A stretch of 38,078 nucleotides of DNA from Fonticula alba ATCC 38817. Its lineage: Eukaryota; Protista; Nucleariida. Each line of letters begins with the position of its first letter. The first letter of the stretch is position 1. The translations under genes and the position numbers were made by a program. Positions 34,837 to 38,078 of the stretch are shown in pieces. The notes beneath the pieces were generated by a model, which had not been told where the DNA came from, did no database searches, and saw only the letters and a program-made list of their open reading frames with translations. The stretch lies in assembly GCA_000388065.2 (NCBI GenBank), contig KB932206.1; one strand, given 5' to 3'.

Positions 34837-35644
34837 GGTTGTAATGTGTCGATGGAAGTGGGGCGGAGGGTGGGCGCGAGCGTGGGGGGGGGGGGGGAGG
34901 GGGGGGGGGGGTATCAGCACCTGGCAACTTGGTCGAAGGCCGGGGCGAGAAAACCATCTCCGGGATCTCTGGGCCGCTGGCCCGTGCCGGGCATCAGTGT
35001 AAGTGCATGTGCCCGGCGCACGCGTGCGTGTGGGCGCCCCCCCGCCCCCCGCACTGGGCGCGGCGACCCCGGGACGCGGGACGCCGCATGGCGCTTCGGC
35101 CAGGCCCGGCGGGCCTCCGATAGCAGCTGCCAACGATCCGACCTGCCTCGTTGTGGAATGGCCCCCCCCCCCCGTACACACGGCTCTACAGAGGCACGGG
35201 CCGACACAGACGCCCCTTGTCCCCCCTCTCCGGGATGTGTGCATCGGCCTCCCGGGCGGAGGGGGGCCTGGATGTTGGTGGGTTGTTTTTATTTTTCCAT
35301 TATTCGAGGCGGTCTCCCCCCTTTCCGGGCGGCGGTGTCCCGCTGGATGTGTTGCCGCGCGCGACAGGGCAGCCAGGATCGGCGGCACTCGGAGCCCCGT
35401 CAGCCGGTCCGATCACGTCGGCGGAGGACAGGCAGTGGTACCAACGGATGCACATTACGATCGGCAGCCTCCAAGCCCCCTGTGTGTGTGTGTGTGTGTG
35501 TGTGTATTTCTCTCGGCTCGGGTTGCCGGCGAGGGCGTTCTCGTCCCCGGCGGGCGGACACACGGGGGCACGCGCAGGTCGACCGCCCCCGCAGGGACAC
35601 ACCCACACCCGCGCACAGCCGAGAGGCGGGAGGCGGGAGGGTGG

Positions 35645-36678
35645 TCATTTCCGGGCCGCGGCCGGCCCTGTCCCCGGTGGCTGGGCCACAGCCGACCGGG
35701 CGGGGGTTGGGCTGCCGGCGAGGCCAGCCGCACGGTGCGACGACGCATTGTCACCGACCACCGAGGGGCTGGCCGACAGGGAGCCCACGGTGGCCGGGCG
35801 GCTGTGCACCGGAGTGCCAGTGGCCGACCCGGGTGCCGGAGCGGTCCCGACATTGGACATCATCCCGCGGACATCGCTCACGAAGGAGGCGATGCGGCTG
35901 CCGACGCCGGCCTGCCGGTGGTGGCGCTCGAGGATGAGGCGGTTCTGCGCGAGGGACACGGAGGCCGCATGACGGGGCACAGTGTGTGGTCAGATTGGGC
36001 ACCGACAGGAGGGGGACAGGGGGGGGGGGGGAATGCCAAGCACGGGGGAGGGCGAGGGAGATGCCGGGCAAGAGAGCCGGGGCACGAGGAGGCCCCCGGC
36101 CACGCACCGTGCCGATGATTTCGTCCAGCACCTCAGACTCTTGGGCCGGATCGAGGAAGGGGAAGAGGTGGATGGCGGCCGAGGCCTTCTCGGCGGTGGC
36201 CGAGTGGGTGTAGCTGGGCGTCGGGCCGGCTGTCTGAACGGAGTTGGTGGACAGGCGAACACAGTCGCGCGCGATCTTGGTGAACTCCATCGGGTGGTTG
36301 CAAAGCCTGGGCATGGTGGCGGGGGGCACATCTGTAAGCATCTCTCGGCGTCTGTCCGCGGGTGTGTATGCGCGACAATGACGGGCCCGGGGAGGGAGGA
36401 GGGCGGGGCGGGGAAAGCCCACCGGGGGTGGCATGTGGCAGGGGCCACGCACTGGTCATGGGCAAACTGGTTGACGCATTGCTCCGGGGCGAGGGCCTTC
36501 AAATGGGAGACATTCTCCAACACATAGCGGATGTACAGGACCACATGGTGCAGCCGGTGGCGCGTGGGGTGCCAGTCGTGGAACTGAGCTTGCCGGGGTC
36601 AGGATGCACGAAAGGGCCAAGCGGGCGGCGGGGACAGGATGCGCAAAAGGACCAAGCGGGCGGCGGGAACAGGCCCCC

Positions 36679-36713
<35 letters not shown>

Positions 36714-38038
36714 TGTGAGCACGCACCCGGGCTTCGAGACTCAGATGCCCATTGTTGAGGTCGATAAGCGGGTGGTGGATGGACGGGACGAAGACCACGG
36801 CCGGTGCGACCATCGGGTAGTCCGGTGAGAGGATGATGATAAAGCGCAGCACGGCCCCGGAGTACGGGCCGCGGTAGGGGAAGAAGACGCCATGCCACTC
36901 TGTCCGCGCGGGGGCAGGCCAGGGGAGGGGGGCGCAGGCGGGCCCGGGGGCGGGGGGNNNNNNNNNNGGGGAGGGGGGCGCAGGCGGGCCCGGGGGCGGG
37001 GGGGGTCAGGGGCCGGGGGAAACAGCGAGGGGGGGGGGGGGGGGCGCAGGGGACGGGCCAGCATGGTGGATACCGAGAATGTTGGTCGAGGAGGGAATCA
37101 AATACATGCCCGGGGGCGGGGATCGCGACAGATTTTTGCTGAGGCGGGAGCCATGCGCAAATGGCGCGGCACACGGTCAGTCGCGGTACGGAGGCGAGGG
37201 AAGTGGCGAAGCACAGGCGAGGGGGGCGGGCAGGGGGGAAAAAAAGAAAAAAAGAAGGGGATGGCGAGCGGCCGGGCCGCGGGCCGGGCCAGCGCACGCA
37301 CAATTCAATCAGCAGCTGATACCGACGGAAGTACTCGCGATAGAAGGGCGTCATCATGGGCCGCAGGACGGCCGGGTCCTGGTAGTTGATGCTGTCCAGC
37401 CGGGCCGGTGTCAGGGTCAGGTCTGGCGAGGAGCTCGGCGGCGACACGGTGGACGCCGGGGCCGGGTGGCCGGCCGGCGCCTCGCCCAGGGTGCTGAGGG
37501 CCGGCTTGGCGATGGTGGAACTCCGAATGCGGCTCAGCAGGTTGGACAATGCCGGCCGGCGAAGGGGGTCATCCTGCGTGGCTGGGCCGCCGGTGCCGGG
37601 GGGCGGCCCAGCCGCAAGCGGGGGCGATGATGAGCCGGCAGGGGCCGGCGCGGGGGCCCGGGTCGGCGCGGGGGCCGAAGCTGCCACAGGGACGGGCACT
37701 GACACCGGGGCGGGGCCGGCTGCCGGGGCCGCCGGCGGGGGCTGAGCCGGGCCATATGCTCCAAGTGGATCAAGGAAGGGGACGTCGGCCGTGGCCGGGG
37801 CGCCGGGAGCGGGGGCGGCTGGCGTTGGGGCCGGATTCGGGCCAGTGCCGGTCCCGAGCAGGAGATCCGCCAGGTCCGAGTCCAGGGGGGGATGCGCATC
37901 CACCGGCGGGGACAGCTGGAAGGAGGCCAGCGCCGCGTCCAGGGGGGAAGTATCCCCGGCGGCGCTGGCAGCCGAGGCAAGCAGCTCTGCCTCGGAAATC
38001 AGCTCGTCGCCGCCGCTTCCCGCTAGAGGATGATCCAT
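35645..38038 (-). CDS. AKTIP/FTS-like ubiquitin-conjugating enzyme variant (no catalytic Cys)
   Basis: Spliced product reads YQLLIEF|KNLSRSPPPGMYLIPSSTNILE|WHGVFFPYRGPYSGAVLRF..DYP..HHPLIDLNNGHLSLEAR|FHDWHPTRHRLHHVVLYIRYVL. Six exons. An upstream exon outside the window cannot be excluded. Confidence 0.82.
36681..36711. repeat. (TG)n microsatellite in an AKTIP-like intron
   Basis: Directly visible. Similar runs at 5893-5912, 25773-25795, 29354-29372 and 35481-35505. Confidence 0.9.
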
Positions 38039-38078
38039 GCTGCGGAGGGCTGGGGAAGAGCGAAGGAGCTACAGCGGG

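Noticed and set aside
33133-35937. 934 aa + strand ORF and other long antisense ORFs (5266-6357, 12328-13689, 31897-32934)
   Set aside because: Antisense shadows of real genes. High GC content suppresses stop codons, and the products carry no family motifs.
11285-38038. RTEL1 and AKTIP (both telomere-linked in humans) as a functional cluster
   Set aside because: They are about 19 kb apart with unrelated genes between, and share no visible regulatory element.

Overview
A GC-rich, intron-dense eukaryotic draft-genome window with 9 N-gaps and 11 supportable protein-coding genes. I found no rRNA, tRNA, CRISPR array or mobile element. Gene order: Cof-type HAD hydrolase (+, 5' truncated); UFM1-specific peptidase (-); CTDSPL2/SCP4-like phosphatase (-); about 4.4 kb with no recognisable CDS; RTEL1 helicase with a harmonin-homology-like region and a C-terminal RING (-); last exon of mitochondrial uL23m (+); CIA30/NDUFAF1 with a ~540 aa unrecognised C-terminal extension (+); a six-IPT/TIG type-I membrane protein (-); GCP2/Spc97-like gamma-tubulin complex protein (+); Bmt5/DUF2431 rRNA methyltransferase (-); AKTIP/FTS-like inactive E2 (-). 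Exon structures were rebuilt by hand from GT-AG sites and frame continuity, and family calls rest on remembered motifs, not database searches. Composition and gene content suggest a unicellular opisthokont such as Fonticula alba, but this is an unverified inference. The best novelty candidate is the TIG receptor. It has N-terminal (PPEGSGS)x6 Ser-Gly repeats, phase-1 introns at every TIG-TIG boundary, Sec5-like IPT domains and a dileucine-type tail motif. Next are the extended CIA30 and a splice-donor consensus (GTGCGY) with no +4A.
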